Of a stretch of DNA of 24,000 nucleotides, positions 1 to 9,357 are shown piece after piece. Source of the DNA: Agrobacterium sp. DSM 25558 (lineage in GTDB: Bacteria; Pseudomonadota; Alphaproteobacteria; Rhizobiales; Rhizobiaceae); assembly GCF_900100825.1 (NCBI RefSeq), contig NZ_FMUD01000003.1, forward strand, positions 1,459-25,458. Direction: 5' to 3'. Position numbers and translations under genes: made by a program. Positions within the stretch are counted from its first letter, which is position 1, and every line of letters starts with the position of its first letter. The notes beneath the pieces were generated by a model. The model saw only the letters and a program-made list of their open reading frames with translations. It was not told the origin of the DNA and did no database searches.

Positions 1-1195
1 TTTCCGCAATCAACGCTGCAAGTCGTCTGGCCACCTCACTTTTTTCGAGATCGGGCCAGTCCTGTATGCCTATCTTTGAGATAACCTTCACGCTATTGCG
101 GTCACCGCCCATCACGCCGGTGGTGGCGGACACGTCGTTAGCGATAATAATATCGGCTCCTTTGCGCTCCAGCTTTGCACGTCCGTTGGTTTCAACGTCC
201 TGCGTTTCCGCAGCGAAACCGACGACGATACCTGGCCTGTTCGCATGATGGCCGACTGTCTTGAGGATGTCGGGGTTTTCCGTCAATTGTAGCACTGGCG
301 GTAGGTCGTCCGGGTGTTTCTTGATCTTCTGATCCGCGGACGCCGCAACACGCCAATCAGCGACAGCTGCCACCATCACGGCGATATCGGCCGGCAGGTG
401 AGCAAGCACTACGTCTAGCATCTCTTCGGCACGCTCAACATGGACAGTCGTTACGTTGGACGGGTCGGTAATCGTGACCGGGCCAGATACCAGCGTCACG
501 TCCGCACCCAGTGCCGCGAGGGCTTTTGCGATGGCGTGGCCCTGCTTGCCGGAAGAGCGATTGGCGATGTACCGCACCGGATCGATCGGCTCGTGCGTCG
601 GGCCGGAGGTGACGATTGCTTTCTTTCCTGCCAAAGGCTTTGGCCCATCATCAAGCAGCGCTTCGACAGTCTCGACGATTTGCAAGGGCTCCGCCATGCG
701 GCCAAGTCCAGCTTCGCCTTTTTCTGCCATTTCACCCCCCATCGGCCCGATGAAGTGGATGCCATCGATTTTCAAGGTTTCGACGTTACGCTGCGTCGCC
801 TTGGCGCTCCACATTTTGGGGTTCATGGCCGGTGCGATGAGAATTTTACGCTCCGTAGCGAGCAGTACGGTAGAGGCCAGATCGTCGGCCAGTCCGTTTG
901 CCATCTTTGCCATCAGGTCAGCCGTAGCAGGTGCTACGAGCACCAGATCGCAGTCCCGTGCCAATCTTATATGGCCGACGTCCTGCTCATCCTGTCTCGA
1001 GAACAGCTCTGTAAACACATGGGTAGCAGACAAAGCGCCGACAGCAAGCGGAGTGACGAACTCCTGCGCGCCGCGTGTCATCACCGGCGTGACCTTTGCC
1101 CCTCGCTCCCTCAAGCGGCGGATGAGATCGAGGCTCTTATAAGCCGCGATACCGCCCGAGATAATGAGAAGAATATGTTTGCCTGAAAGCGCCAT
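1..1195 (-). CDS. coaBC: Bifunctional phosphopantothenoylcysteine decarboxylase / phosphopantothenate-cysteine ligase (CoaBC/Dfp). The C-terminal few residues run off the left window edge.
   Basis: Own translation of the minus strand from ATG at 1195-1193: MALSGKHILLIISGGIAAYKSLDLIRRLRERGAKVTPVMTRGAQEFVTPLAVGALSAT..., the typical flavoprotein N-terminus of CoaBC. The frame stays open to position 1, ending ...WPDLEKSEVARRLAALIAE. It is absent from the ORF track only because no stop codon lies inside the window. The + strand ORFs at 440-1186 and 456-1142 are its antisense shadows. Confidence 0.85.
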   Translation of the reverse strand, partial: MALSGKHILLIISGGIAAYKSLDLIRRLRERGAKVTPVMTRGAQEFVTPLAVGALSATHVFTELFSRQDEQDVGHIRLARDCDLVLVAPATADLMAKMANGLADDLASTVLLATERKILIAPAMNPKMWSAKATQRNVETLKIDGIHFIGPMGGEMAEKGEAGLGRMAEPLQIVETVEALLDDGPKPLAGKKAIVTSGPTHEPIDPVRYIANRSSGKQGHAIAKALAALGADVTLVSGPVTITDPSNVTTVHVERAEEMLDVVLAHLPADIAVMVAAVADWRVAASADQKIKKHPDDLPPVLQLTENPDILKTVGHHANRPGIVVGFAAETQDVETNGRAKLERKGADIIIANDVSATTGVMGGDRNSVKVISKIGIQDWPDLEKSEVARRLAALIAE

Positions 1196-1276
1196 GATGC
1201 CGGACCAATTTCCATTTCATGGGGAAACTAAGCGCTCAGCTTTCAAAGTGCAATCACGCGTTCAGCTTCTACCGCT

Positions 1277-2587
1277 CTAAGCAATGCGACCGTGGATGAT
1301 GGGAGTTTCAGAGAGGGGCATTGGCGAAAAACCATAGGTGTTCAAAACCGCAGCCACGGCCTGCTCGGCAGCTCGCTCTGTTGCGGCATGTACCATCGCG
1401 ATTGGCTGGCCTTTTTCTACTTTCGTTCCCAATGGCAGGATATTCGAAATTCCAACGCGATGATCGATGATATCGTCAGGTTTCCTCCGCCCGCCGCCAA
1501 GTTCGACAACGACCATGCCGAGATCACGGGTCTGACACGATGAGAGCCAACCTATCTGCGGAGCCATCACCGGGACGATATGCGGAGCAGATTTAATATA
1601 GCGATCCGGCTTTTCGACGAAATCCTTCGGCCCGCCGAGATCGGATACCATACGGCCGAAGAGATCCATCGCCGCACCGCTCGCCAGCGCGTCTCTGGCC
1701 TTTTCTGCACCGTCCTCAAGCGTTGAAACAAGCCCAGTCTGAACCAGCATTTCGGCGGCAAGGGCAAAAACGAGTGTCTCGATACGTGTGCCCGACTTCT
1801 TGCCGCGGAGAAAATCGAGGCAGTGGATTATTTCGACTGCGTTGCCGGCGGCGTCGGCCAGTGGTTGGTTCATGTCGGTGAGGAGGGCGGATGTTTTCAC
1901 GCCCGCGCCATTGGCGACATCGACAAGCGACCGCGCCAGTGTCTCAGCCTCATCCGGGCTTTGCATGAAAGCACCATTACCGAACTTCACGTCCAGCACC
2001 AATGTATTCAGCCCCGCCGCCAGCTTCTTCGATAAGATGGAGGCTGTGATCAATGGCACCGAATCGACGGTCGCCGTTACATCGCGAATGGCATAAAGCC
2101 GTTTGTCCGCAGGAGCGAGGTCTCCCGTCTGGCCGATGATGGCGCAACCCGCTTTGGCCACTGTGCGGCGGAACAAGGCTTCGTCCGGCATGACGTTATA
2201 GCCTGGGATTGATTCCAGCTTGTCCAGTGTGCCACCTGTATGACCAAGCCCCCGGCCTGAAATCATCGGTACGGCCAACCCGCAAGCCGCAACGATCGGC
2301 GCGAGCATGAGCGAGACATTATCACCGACGCCACCAGTGGAGTGTTTGTCGGCGATGGGTTTGTCGATATTCGACCAGCAAAGAACATCGCCGCTGTCGC
2401 GCATTGCAAGGGTCAGCGCAATCGTCTCATCCCGGCTCATGCCACGGAAAAAAACCGCCATAGCGAAGGCCGCGGCCTGCCCTTCGGAGATTCCGTTGTT
2501 GGACAAGGCGTCGATGAAGGCGGTAATCTCAACGGCCGTCAACGTTTCGCCATCACGTTTGCGACGGATAATTTCCTGCGGGATCAT
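1277..2587 (-). CDS. deoA: Thymidine (pyrimidine-nucleoside) phosphorylase
   Basis: ORF 1277..2596. The protein MIPQEIIRRKRDG...KHSTGGVGD...ISGRGLGHTGGTLDKLESIPG aligns by eye along its length with E. coli DeoA (MFLAQEIIRKKRDG...). The track start at 2596 is a TTG that overlaps the deoC stop. ATG at 2587 gives the homologous N-terminus. The start is ambiguous by 9 nt. Confidence 0.9.
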   Translation of the reverse strand: MIPQEIIRRKRDGETLTAVEITAFIDALSNNGISEGQAAAFAMAVFFRGMSRDETIALTLAMRDSGDVLCWSNIDKPIADKHSTGGVGDNVSLMLAPIVAACGLAVPMISGRGLGHTGGTLDKLESIPGYNVMPDEALFRRTVAKAGCAIIGQTGDLAPADKRLYAIRDVTATVDSVPLITASILSKKLAAGLNTLVLDVKFGNGAFMQSPDEAETLARSLVDVANGAGVKTSALLTDMNQPLADAAGNAVEIIHCLDFLRGKKSGTRIETLVFALAAEMLVQTGLVSTLEDGAEKARDALASGAAMDLFGRMVSDLGGPKDFVEKPDRYIKSAPHIVPVMAPQIGWLSSCQTRDLGMVVVELGGGRRKPDDIIDHRVGISNILPLGTKVEKGQPIAMVHAATERAAEQAVAAVLNTYGFSPMPLSETPIIHGRIA

Positions 2588-2592
2588 GGCGA

Positions 2593-3366
2593 TCAATAGC
2601 CGTTGGATGCCTTGGCCGGTTCACCACCTGCCAGCACATTTACGATATCATCCAGAACGCCGGATGCGCCGAAACGGAAAGTGGAAGGCATGGCCCAGTT
2701 GGGCTGCATGATGGTTTCTGCCAAGCGCAAATAAAGCGTGGCATCTGCCACCGTTCCAATCCCGCCAGCGGGCTTGAAGCCGACCTTCTTCTTGCTGTCG
2801 CGAATGACCTGCAGCATGATGTCTGCGGCCTCCAGCGTTGCGTTGACAGAAACTTTGCCGGTAGACGTCTTGATGAAGTCCGCGCCTTCGGCAACGGCGA
2901 TTTCAGAGGCGCGGCGAATCAAAGCCTTGTCTTTCAACTCGCCGGTTTCCAGAATGACCTTGAGCAGAACGGGGGAAACGCAGACCTTACGCACGGCGGC
3001 GACCATCTCTGCCACGGCATTTTCATCACCTGCGATGAATTTTTTGTACGGAATCACCAAATCGATTTCGTCAGCACCATCATTGATGGCACGCTCTGTT
3101 TCTCCGACGACGGTTGCGAGATCAAGATCGCCCGAAGGGAAATTGACGACCGTGGCAATCCGGATCGAATGGTCCTTACCAAAGGCGGCACGGGCCTGGG
3201 CCACGAAACGCGGCCAAATGCAGATCGCAGCCGTATTGCCATATGGCGTATGCGCTTTCTGGCACAGCGCAGCAATCTGCTCCGGAGTGCAATTTTCCTT
3301 CAGATTGGTGAGGTCCAGCAGGGATAGGGCGAGAGCGGCAGCTTCACGCGGGCGCTGAAGTTCCAT
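2593..3366 (-). CDS. deoC: Deoxyribose-phosphate aldolase
   Basis: 257 aa. Motifs LMDLT-like LLDLTNL, GNTAAICIWPRF, IRIATVVNFP, LLKVILETGELK, GADFIKTSTGKV (Schiff-base Lys region), VGFKPAGGI and FRFGAS closely match E. coli DeoC. Confidence 0.92.
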   Translation of the reverse strand: MELQRPREAAALALSLLDLTNLKENCTPEQIAALCQKAHTPYGNTAAICIWPRFVAQARAAFGKDHSIRIATVVNFPSGDLDLATVVGETERAINDGADEIDLVIPYKKFIAGDENAVAEMVAAVRKVCVSPVLLKVILETGELKDKALIRRASEIAVAEGADFIKTSTGKVSVNATLEAADIMLQVIRDSKKKVGFKPAGGIGTVADATLYLRLAETIMQPNWAMPSTFRFGASGVLDDIVNVLAGGEPAKASNGY

Positions 3367-3367
3367 C

Positions 3368-4171
3368 TCAATTTCCTCCAGAAATCATTTCCGTTAAAAT
3401 CGCGGCCAGTCGTTTGCCGCCAATCGGGGCCATGTCTTTGGTTTCTTCATGGCTCAGTTCGTCGCCAGTCATACCGGCACCGTAATTGGTAATAACGGAA
3501 GCAGCGGCAACACGCATCCCGAAAAATCGCGCGAGGATGACTTCTGGCACTGTCGACATGCCAACGGCATCTGCGCCCAGCGTGCGCGCCATACGGATTT
3601 CCGCAGGCGTTTCGAAACTCGGGCCGGAAAACCACATATAGACACCGGTGAACAGCGGAACAGTTGCACGGATGGCGGCATTGCGCATAGCAATCGATAA
3701 TTCCGCATCATACGCACTGGTCATACCAACGAAACGGCGATCGGTCTCTTCGCCGATCAGCGGGTTCATGCCAGAATAGTTGATATGGTCGGTAATTTGC
3801 ATCACCGACCCCGGTGGCATGTCGTGCCGTACGGAGCCCGCAGAATTGGTCATAATGAGCGATTGGACGCCGATACCTGCGAGAGCTTCGATCGCGGGTC
3901 GCATGGCCGCCGCATCGCCTTTTTCGTAGTAGTGGACACGGCCCGCCAGCATAATGACGGGCTGTCCGCCGAGATATCCCGCCACCAGTTCGCCGGCATG
4001 GCCGGAGACGGCACTTTCCGGAAAACCGGGAATTTCCGAATAGGGAATGCGGATGGCGTCTGTGACCTCATCCACCAAAGACCCAAGCCCGGAGCCCAAA
4101 ACGATGGCGGTTCGCGGCACAAGTCCATTCAGCCTGTCGACGAGAACGTCGATCATTGCGTGATCCATCAC
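3368..4171 (-). CDS. Purine nucleoside phosphorylase (trimeric PNP/PunA/XapA-type, inosine-guanosine class)
   Basis: 267 aa. VLGSGLG...IPGFP...VSGHAG.LV.G...G..V....GR.HYYE and MSTVPE motifs are typical of family-2 PNPs. The start overlaps the cdd stop (ATGA), and the stop lies 1 nt before the deoC start. Confidence 0.88.
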   Translation of the reverse strand: MMDHAMIDVLVDRLNGLVPRTAIVLGSGLGSLVDEVTDAIRIPYSEIPGFPESAVSGHAGELVAGYLGGQPVIMLAGRVHYYEKGDAAAMRPAIEALAGIGVQSLIMTNSAGSVRHDMPPGSVMQITDHINYSGMNPLIGEETDRRFVGMTSAYDAELSIAMRNAAIRATVPLFTGVYMWFSGPSFETPAEIRMARTLGADAVGMSTVPEVILARFFGMRVAAASVITNYGAGMTGDELSHEETKDMAPIGGKRLAAILTEMISGGN

Positions 4172-4557
4172 GGTAGCTCGGTCTTGAAGCTGAAAGGCAA
4201 AAGCTCTTCCATGGTCATGACCTTTTGAACACCGGCCTCGTCACACAGATAGATTTTCGTGTCGGCAGAGGCGAATTCTGCAATCTTCTGGCGGCAACCG
4301 CCGCAAGGCGGGCAGAGCGCCAACTTTTCAGCGATGACAGCGATTTCTGCGATCTTCTTTGCCCCACCCATGATCATGGCACTGATAGCGGATGGTTCCG
4401 CGCACCAGCCCTGTGGGAAGGAAAGGTTCTCGATGTTGGCACCCTTGTAGATATTGCCGTCTTCGGTGCGGATGGCTGCACCAACGGGGAATTTTGAATA
4501 GGGCGCGTGGGCAAAGGCCATGGCCTCGCGGGCGGCTTCGAACAGCTCATGAGACAT
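4168..4557 (-). CDS. cdd: Cytidine deaminase (short homotetrameric type)
   Basis: 129 aa. Zinc-site motifs CAE (GWCAEPSAI) and PCGGCRQ. The size and the YSKFPVGAA N-terminal motif are typical of Cdd. Confidence 0.9.
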   Translation of the reverse strand: MSHELFEAAREAMAFAHAPYSKFPVGAAIRTEDGNIYKGANIENLSFPQGWCAEPSAISAMIMGGAKKIAEIAVIAEKLALCPPCGGCRQKIAEFASADTKIYLCDEAGVQKVMTMEELLPFSFKTELP

Positions 4558-4560
4558 GGA

Positions 4561-5532
4561 CTAACGCTCCTTCGAATAGGCGACGCCACCGGCCTTCGGC
4601 GGTTTTGCAACGCCAATGAAGCCAGCCAGCAGAATGCATGTGAGAACATAGGGCAGGGCCTGAAAAATTTGCACCGGCACTTCCCCAATGCCCGGAATGG
4701 CCTTGCCCTGCATGAAGTTTGCCATGGCGTCCAAAAAACCGAACAGCAGGCAGGCGAACATCACGGGAACCGGCTTCCACTTGGCAAAGATCAGCGCTGC
4801 CAGCGCAATATAACCCTTGCCCGCAGACATATTAGCAATGAAGGCAGCCGATTGTGCGACGGCAAGATAGGCCCCGGCAAAGCCACAGAGAAAACCGGCA
4901 ACGATGACCGCGCGGAAGCGCATCCATGCAACCGAAATGCCTGCCGTATCCACCGCACCGGGATTTTCACCGACGGCACGAAGACGAAGACCAAAGCGTG
5001 TACGGTAGAGCACCCACCAGGAAATCGGCACGGCGAGAAAGGCGAGGTAAGTCAGAATGTTGTTGCCGGAAATGACGTTGGCGTAGAGCGGACCAATGAA
5101 GGGCACTTCGCGCATCATGTCAGCGCCGGGCAGGATAATGGGCGGAAAACGACCTTCGCCAGGGATTTGCGGTGTGCGACCGCCTTGTCCAAACCATGCC
5201 TGGCCGAGAACCACCGTCAGACCAGCGGCAACGAAATTCAAGGCCACACCTGAGACAATCTGGTTACCGCGATTGGTGATAACGGCAAAGCCATGCACCA
5301 GCGAGAAAAAGATCGCAGTGCCAATGCCTGCGGCAAGTCCGGCCCATGGGTTTCCGGTCAAATAGGCCACGCAGGCCGAGGCAAAAGCCGCCGCCAACAT
5401 CTTGCCTTCAAGGCCAATATCGAACACGCCTGCGCGTTCGGAAAACAGCCCGGCCAATGCCGTGAACAAAAGCGGGATTGTCAGACGAACGGTCGAACCG
5501 AGAATGCTGACCAGCATATCGAAGGTTTCCAT
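4561..5532 (-). CDS. ABC transporter permease, nucleoside/BMP-type system (NupQ/YufQ-like)
   Basis: 323 aa and highly hydrophobic with multiple predicted TM segments. It sits 6 nt downstream of the other permease, in an operon with a BMP-family binding protein and a double ATPase. Confidence 0.85.
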   Translation of the reverse strand: METFDMLVSILGSTVRLTIPLLFTALAGLFSERAGVFDIGLEGKMLAAAFASACVAYLTGNPWAGLAAGIGTAIFFSLVHGFAVITNRGNQIVSGVALNFVAAGLTVVLGQAWFGQGGRTPQIPGEGRFPPIILPGADMMREVPFIGPLYANVISGNNILTYLAFLAVPISWWVLYRTRFGLRLRAVGENPGAVDTAGISVAWMRFRAVIVAGFLCGFAGAYLAVAQSAAFIANMSAGKGYIALAALIFAKWKPVPVMFACLLFGFLDAMANFMQGKAIPGIGEVPVQIFQALPYVLTCILLAGFIGVAKPPKAGGVAYSKER

Positions 5533-5538
5533 GGGCCG

Positions 5539-6642
5539 TTACCTCTTCACGAATTGCTGGTAGATGCGCACGAGCGCGGGGCGGTACATAAATTCAAGCG
5601 CGCCCGCAAACAGGATGACTAGACCCTGAATGACGACGATCATCTCACGGGTGATGTTGGGCATTTCGAACGAGAGATCGGCACCACCCTGATAAAGGAT
5701 TCCGAAAAGCAACGCCGCAAAGACGATACCAAGCGGGTGACTGCGGCCCATCAGCGATACGGCAATGCCGACGAAACCTGCGCCGCCGACAAATTCCACC
5801 TGCAAACGGGCAGACGCGCCCATCACCGGGTTCAACGCCATCATACCCGCCAGACCACCTGATATCAGCATGGCGATGATGACCGTGCGCGAATAGGGAA
5901 TTCCGGCATAAACGGCAGCAGAGGGGCTGATGCCCAGCGTGCGCATCTCATAACCAAGCTTGGTGCGCCAGATGAGCACCCAGACCAGAAAAGCCATAAC
6001 GAGCGCGATGATGAAGGAGACGTTGAAAGGTGCCGGCCCCAGCTTCAGCCCGAACATCGCCATCAACCAGTCCAGCTTCGGCAATTGCCCGCCCTGCAGA
6101 AAGGTGCGGGTTTCCGGTGCCATCTTGCCCGGCACGATCAGCACATTGACCAGAAGATACACCATCAAAGCAGCAGCTATGAAGTTGAACATGATGGTGG
6201 TGATGACGACATGGCTGCCGCGTTTTGCCTGAAGCCAGCCGGGAATGAAGGCCCAGGCCGCACCAAAGACTGCCGCACCGATGACTGCAAACGGCATGGT
6301 CACATACCAAGGCACGTAACGGTCTAGCGCGAGTGCCACGAGGGCCGCACCCAAGCCACCAATGTAAGCCTGACCTTCGGAACCGATATTGAACAGACCG
6401 GCATGGAAAGCGACGGCCACCGATAGACCGGTGAAGATGAAGCTGGTGGTGTAAAACAGGGTAAAACCAATGGCATCACCCCGACCCAGCGCACCTTCGA
6501 TCAAAAGCTGCAAGGCGGCGAAGGGGTCTTCTCCAATGCCCCAGACGACAAGCCCGGAGATGAAAAAGGCGGTGAGAATGTTTAAAAACGGCAACAGGCC
6601 GTAGGACATCCAGTTGGGGAGAGGGACGGAAGCTGTACTCAT
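5539..6642 (-). CDS. ABC transporter permease, nucleoside/BMP-type system (NupP/YufP-like)
   Basis: 367 aa polytopic membrane protein. The start lies 19 nt after the ATPase stop. It belongs to the branched-chain/sugar-type permease family usually paired with BMP binding proteins. Confidence 0.85.
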   Translation of the reverse strand: MSTASVPLPNWMSYGLLPFLNILTAFFISGLVVWGIGEDPFAALQLLIEGALGRGDAIGFTLFYTTSFIFTGLSVAVAFHAGLFNIGSEGQAYIGGLGAALVALALDRYVPWYVTMPFAVIGAAVFGAAWAFIPGWLQAKRGSHVVITTIMFNFIAAALMVYLLVNVLIVPGKMAPETRTFLQGGQLPKLDWLMAMFGLKLGPAPFNVSFIIALVMAFLVWVLIWRTKLGYEMRTLGISPSAAVYAGIPYSRTVIIAMLISGGLAGMMALNPVMGASARLQVEFVGGAGFVGIAVSLMGRSHPLGIVFAALLFGILYQGGADLSFEMPNITREMIVVIQGLVILFAGALEFMYRPALVRIYQQFVKR

Positions 6643-6661
6643 GAGCTTTAAAGCCTTTGCC

Positions 6662-8167
6662 TTATGCGGCGATGCCGGCCATCATCAGGCCCAGCGTTTG
6701 TTCTTCGGCTTCCGCCGTTTTCTCTCCAACGACCCGGCCCGCGAACATGACCAGAATACGGTCCGACAGCGACCGTATCTCATCAAGCTCCACCGACACC
6801 AGCAGAATGGCTTTGCCCGCATCACGCATTTCGATGATGCGGCGATGGATAAATTCGATGGCACCGATATCGACGCCACGTGTCGGCTGGCCGATGATCA
6901 ACATCTTCGGATCACGCTCGATTTCGCGCGCAACGACGATCTTCTGCTGATTGCCGCCCGAGAAATTGGCGGTTTTCAAATTCGCATTTGGCGGGCGGAT
7001 ATCGTATTTCTCTATCTTCTCTACGGCATCCTTACGGATGGCTTCTGGATTAAGGAACGGCCCCATGCCGTAGCGCTCGTCGCGGTGATAGCCGAGGATG
7101 GAGTTTTCATACTCCTCGAACTTCAGCACCAGCCCCATATGGTGGCGGTCTTCGGGAATATGGGCCAAGCCCAGCTTGCGAAGGACCGCGGGATCGACCT
7201 TGTCGACCGTCTTGCCGCCCATCAGAATTTCACCGGAATAGGGTTTGCGAATGCCAGCGATGGCCTCCAGCAGTTCCGACTGGCCGTTGCCAGCGACACC
7301 GGCAATACCGACGATTTCGCCAGCGCGCACGTCGAAAGACACATCATCCACCATGGTCACATCACGGCTATCCTTGACCGTGAGGTTGCGGACCGAAAAC
7401 AGAACATCGCCAGGATTGGCTTGACCCTTTTCTACACGCAAAAGCACGCGGCGGCCGACCATAAGTTCTGCCAGTTCTTCGACTGTTGTTTCGGACGTCT
7501 TGCGGGTGGCAACCATCTCGCCGCGGCGCATGACAGAGACCTCGTCGGTGATGGCCATGATTTCGCGCAGCTTGTGGGTGATGAGGATAACGGTCTTGCC
7601 CTGATCGCGCAGCACCCCCAAGATTTTGAAGAGGTGGTCGGCTTCCGCCGGTGTCAGCACGCCGGTCGGCTCATCGAGGATGAGGATTTCCGCACCGCGA
7701 TACATGGCTTTGAGGATTTCGACGCGCTGTTGCAGGCCCACCGGCAAATCCTCGATGATCGCATCGGGATTAACCTCGAGGCCATATTCGTCTTCGAGAC
7801 GCTTCAACTCCTTGCGGGTTGCCGCGGTGCCCTTGGCCAGGAGCATGCCGCCTTCAGCACCCAGCATGATGTTTTCCAGCACCGAGAAATTCTCGACCAG
7901 CATGAAGTGCTGATGCACCATGCCGATGCCGACATCGATGGCCGCCTGACTATCTCTGATGTTGACGGGTTTGCCGTCGATGCGGATTTCACCTGAATCG
8001 GCAGAATAGAAGCCGTAAAGGATCGACATCAACGTCGATTTCCCCGCTCCGTTTTCCCCGATGATGCCGTGGATGGTGCCCTTGGCAACGGTGAGATTGA
8101 TATTCTTGTTGGCGTGTACGGTGCCGAATTTTTTATCGATACCGACAAGCTCGATCGCAGGTTCCAT
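6662..8167 (-). CDS. ABC transporter ATP-binding protein with two fused ABC domains (nucleoside/BMP-type system, NupO/YufO-like)
   Basis: Walker A GENGAGKST in the first half and GVAGNGQSEL in the second half. Signature-like LPVGLQQRVEILKA and FSGGNQQK. Walker B ILILDEPT and LIIGQPTRGVD. The track ORF starts at a TTG (8242). ATG at 8167 (MEPAIELVGIDKKFG) gives the canonical N-terminus. Confidence 0.88.
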   Translation of the reverse strand: MEPAIELVGIDKKFGTVHANKNINLTVAKGTIHGIIGENGAGKSTLMSILYGFYSADSGEIRIDGKPVNIRDSQAAIDVGIGMVHQHFMLVENFSVLENIMLGAEGGMLLAKGTAATRKELKRLEDEYGLEVNPDAIIEDLPVGLQQRVEILKAMYRGAEILILDEPTGVLTPAEADHLFKILGVLRDQGKTVILITHKLREIMAITDEVSVMRRGEMVATRKTSETTVEELAELMVGRRVLLRVEKGQANPGDVLFSVRNLTVKDSRDVTMVDDVSFDVRAGEIVGIAGVAGNGQSELLEAIAGIRKPYSGEILMGGKTVDKVDPAVLRKLGLAHIPEDRHHMGLVLKFEEYENSILGYHRDERYGMGPFLNPEAIRKDAVEKIEKYDIRPPNANLKTANFSGGNQQKIVVAREIERDPKMLIIGQPTRGVDIGAIEFIHRRIIEMRDAGKAILLVSVELDEIRSLSDRILVMFAGRVVGEKTAEAEEQTLGLMMAGIAA

Positions 8168-8202
8168 CGTCAACCCAAATGTCTCCGGAGGCTGGATATG
8201 AA

Positions 8203-8235
8203 AAGGGCGCAACGCGAATGCCGCGATGCGCCCTT
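8203..8235 (-). promoter_or_regulatory. Intercistronic stem-loop between the binding-protein gene and the ATPase gene
   Basis: A 9-bp stem AAGGGCGCA / TGCGCCCTT encloses a 15-nt loop that itself contains CGCG...CGCG. On the minus (mRNA) strand the stem runs into CCCTTTTC. It lies in the 83-nt gap between the stop at 8251 and the start at 8167. Confidence 0.5.
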
Positions 8236-8250
8236 GTTCCAATAATCACA

Positions 8251-9243
8251 TCACTTTGGGCAAGAGTTGTCAGACATATAGTCGTGAACCTTGACGGTGC
8301 CAGCAATGATGTCGGCCTTCGCCTTATCGACAGCTGCCGTCATTTCCGGCGTGATCAGAGCCTTATTATTGTCGTCGAGCGCGTATGCAACGCCGTCTTC
8401 CTTAACGCCCAGAGACTGAACGCCACCGGTGAACTTGTCGTCCTTGGTGTCCTTGAAGGCGTTGTAGACAGCCAGATCGACGCGCTTGACCATGGAGGTC
8501 AGGACAGAGCCGGGGTGCAGGTGGTTCTGGTTGCTGTCCACGCCGATGGAGTATTTCTTGTTGTCGGCTGCGGTCTGGAGAACGCCGAGACCGGTGGCGC
8601 CTGCTGCCGCGTAGATCACGTCCGCGCCCTGATCGAGCTGGTTCTTCGTCAGTTCACCACCGCGAACCGGGTCGTTCCAGGCGGCACCGGTCGTGCCGGT
8701 CATGTTCTGGAAGACTTCGATCTTGGCGTTGGCAGCCTTGGCACCCTGTGCGTAACCGCAAGCGAACTTGCGGATCAACGGAATGTCCATGCCGCCGATG
8801 AAGCCCACCTTACCGGTCTTGGATGCCATGCCGGCCAAGAGACCAACGAGGTATGAACCCTCTTCTTCCTTGTAGACGACGGAGCGCACATTCGGCAGCT
8901 CGACGACGGAATCGACGATCACAAACTTGGTGTCGGGAAACTCGGCTGCAACCTTTTCCATGGCTGACGTCCATGCGAAAGACACGGCAACAACGGGATT
9001 GAACCCACGGCTTGCGAAGTTGCGAATCGCCTGCTCACCCTGCGTATCACTGGTTGGCTCGAAATCGCGGTATTCAGTGCCGGTTTCCGCCTTGAATTTT
9101 TCCGCGCCTGTCGCAGCGGCTTCGTTGAACGACTTGTCGAATTTGCCGCCCGTGCCATAGACCAGCGCAGGCTTGATGTCCGCAGCCAAAGCGGAAGCCG
9201 ACATCGCGGCCAGCGCGAAAAGCGTCAGAAGGGATTTTTTCAT
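8251..9243 (-). CDS. BMP-family (PnrA/Med-like) periplasmic substrate-binding protein of the nucleoside ABC transporter
   Basis: 330 aa. N-terminal signal peptide MKKSLLTLFALAAMSASALA/AD with no lipobox Cys. GGKFDKSFNE, GF.PVV and IGVDSNQ-type motifs are typical of the basic membrane protein (BMP) family. It is the first gene of the operon. Confidence 0.88.
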   Translation of the reverse strand: MKKSLLTLFALAAMSASALAADIKPALVYGTGGKFDKSFNEAAATGAEKFKAETGTEYRDFEPTSDTQGEQAIRNFASRGFNPVVAVSFAWTSAMEKVAAEFPDTKFVIVDSVVELPNVRSVVYKEEEGSYLVGLLAGMASKTGKVGFIGGMDIPLIRKFACGYAQGAKAANAKIEVFQNMTGTTGAAWNDPVRGGELTKNQLDQGADVIYAAAGATGLGVLQTAADNKKYSIGVDSNQNHLHPGSVLTSMVKRVDLAVYNAFKDTKDDKFTGGVQSLGVKEDGVAYALDDNNKALITPEMTAAVDKAKADIIAGTVKVHDYMSDNSCPK

Positions 9244-9345
9244 TGTGCAGCCCTGTTGTTACAGTTTGGTTTTTTAAAGGGTCCTCCCGCAAACCCGAGA
9301 AACGGGCATGTCTGCGGAACTGCCAGCCTTTTCTAGACTGTGCGT

Positions 9346-9357
9346 AAGGATATCCTT
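9346..9357. promoter_or_regulatory. Perfect 12-bp palindrome AAGGATATCCTT, a candidate operator upstream of the nucleoside operon
   Basis: Read directly from the sequence. The palindrome centre lies about 108 bp upstream of the binding-protein ATG (9243), inside a 304-nt non-coding region. No regulator could be assigned. Confidence 0.3.

Noticed and set aside
6614-7996. A very long (460 aa) + strand ORF, plus many other 100-316 aa ORFs in the track. Examples: 440-1186, 456-1142, 2738-3358, 4507-5253, 8179-8856, 9686-10339, 12374-13324, 18665-19243, 23242-23676.
   Set aside because: Each lies antisense to, or in an alternate frame of, a gene with clear family motifs. Their translations are Arg/Ala/Gly/His-rich and low in complexity, with no recognisable domains. 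This is the expected stop-codon-poor shadow-ORF effect in GC-rich DNA.
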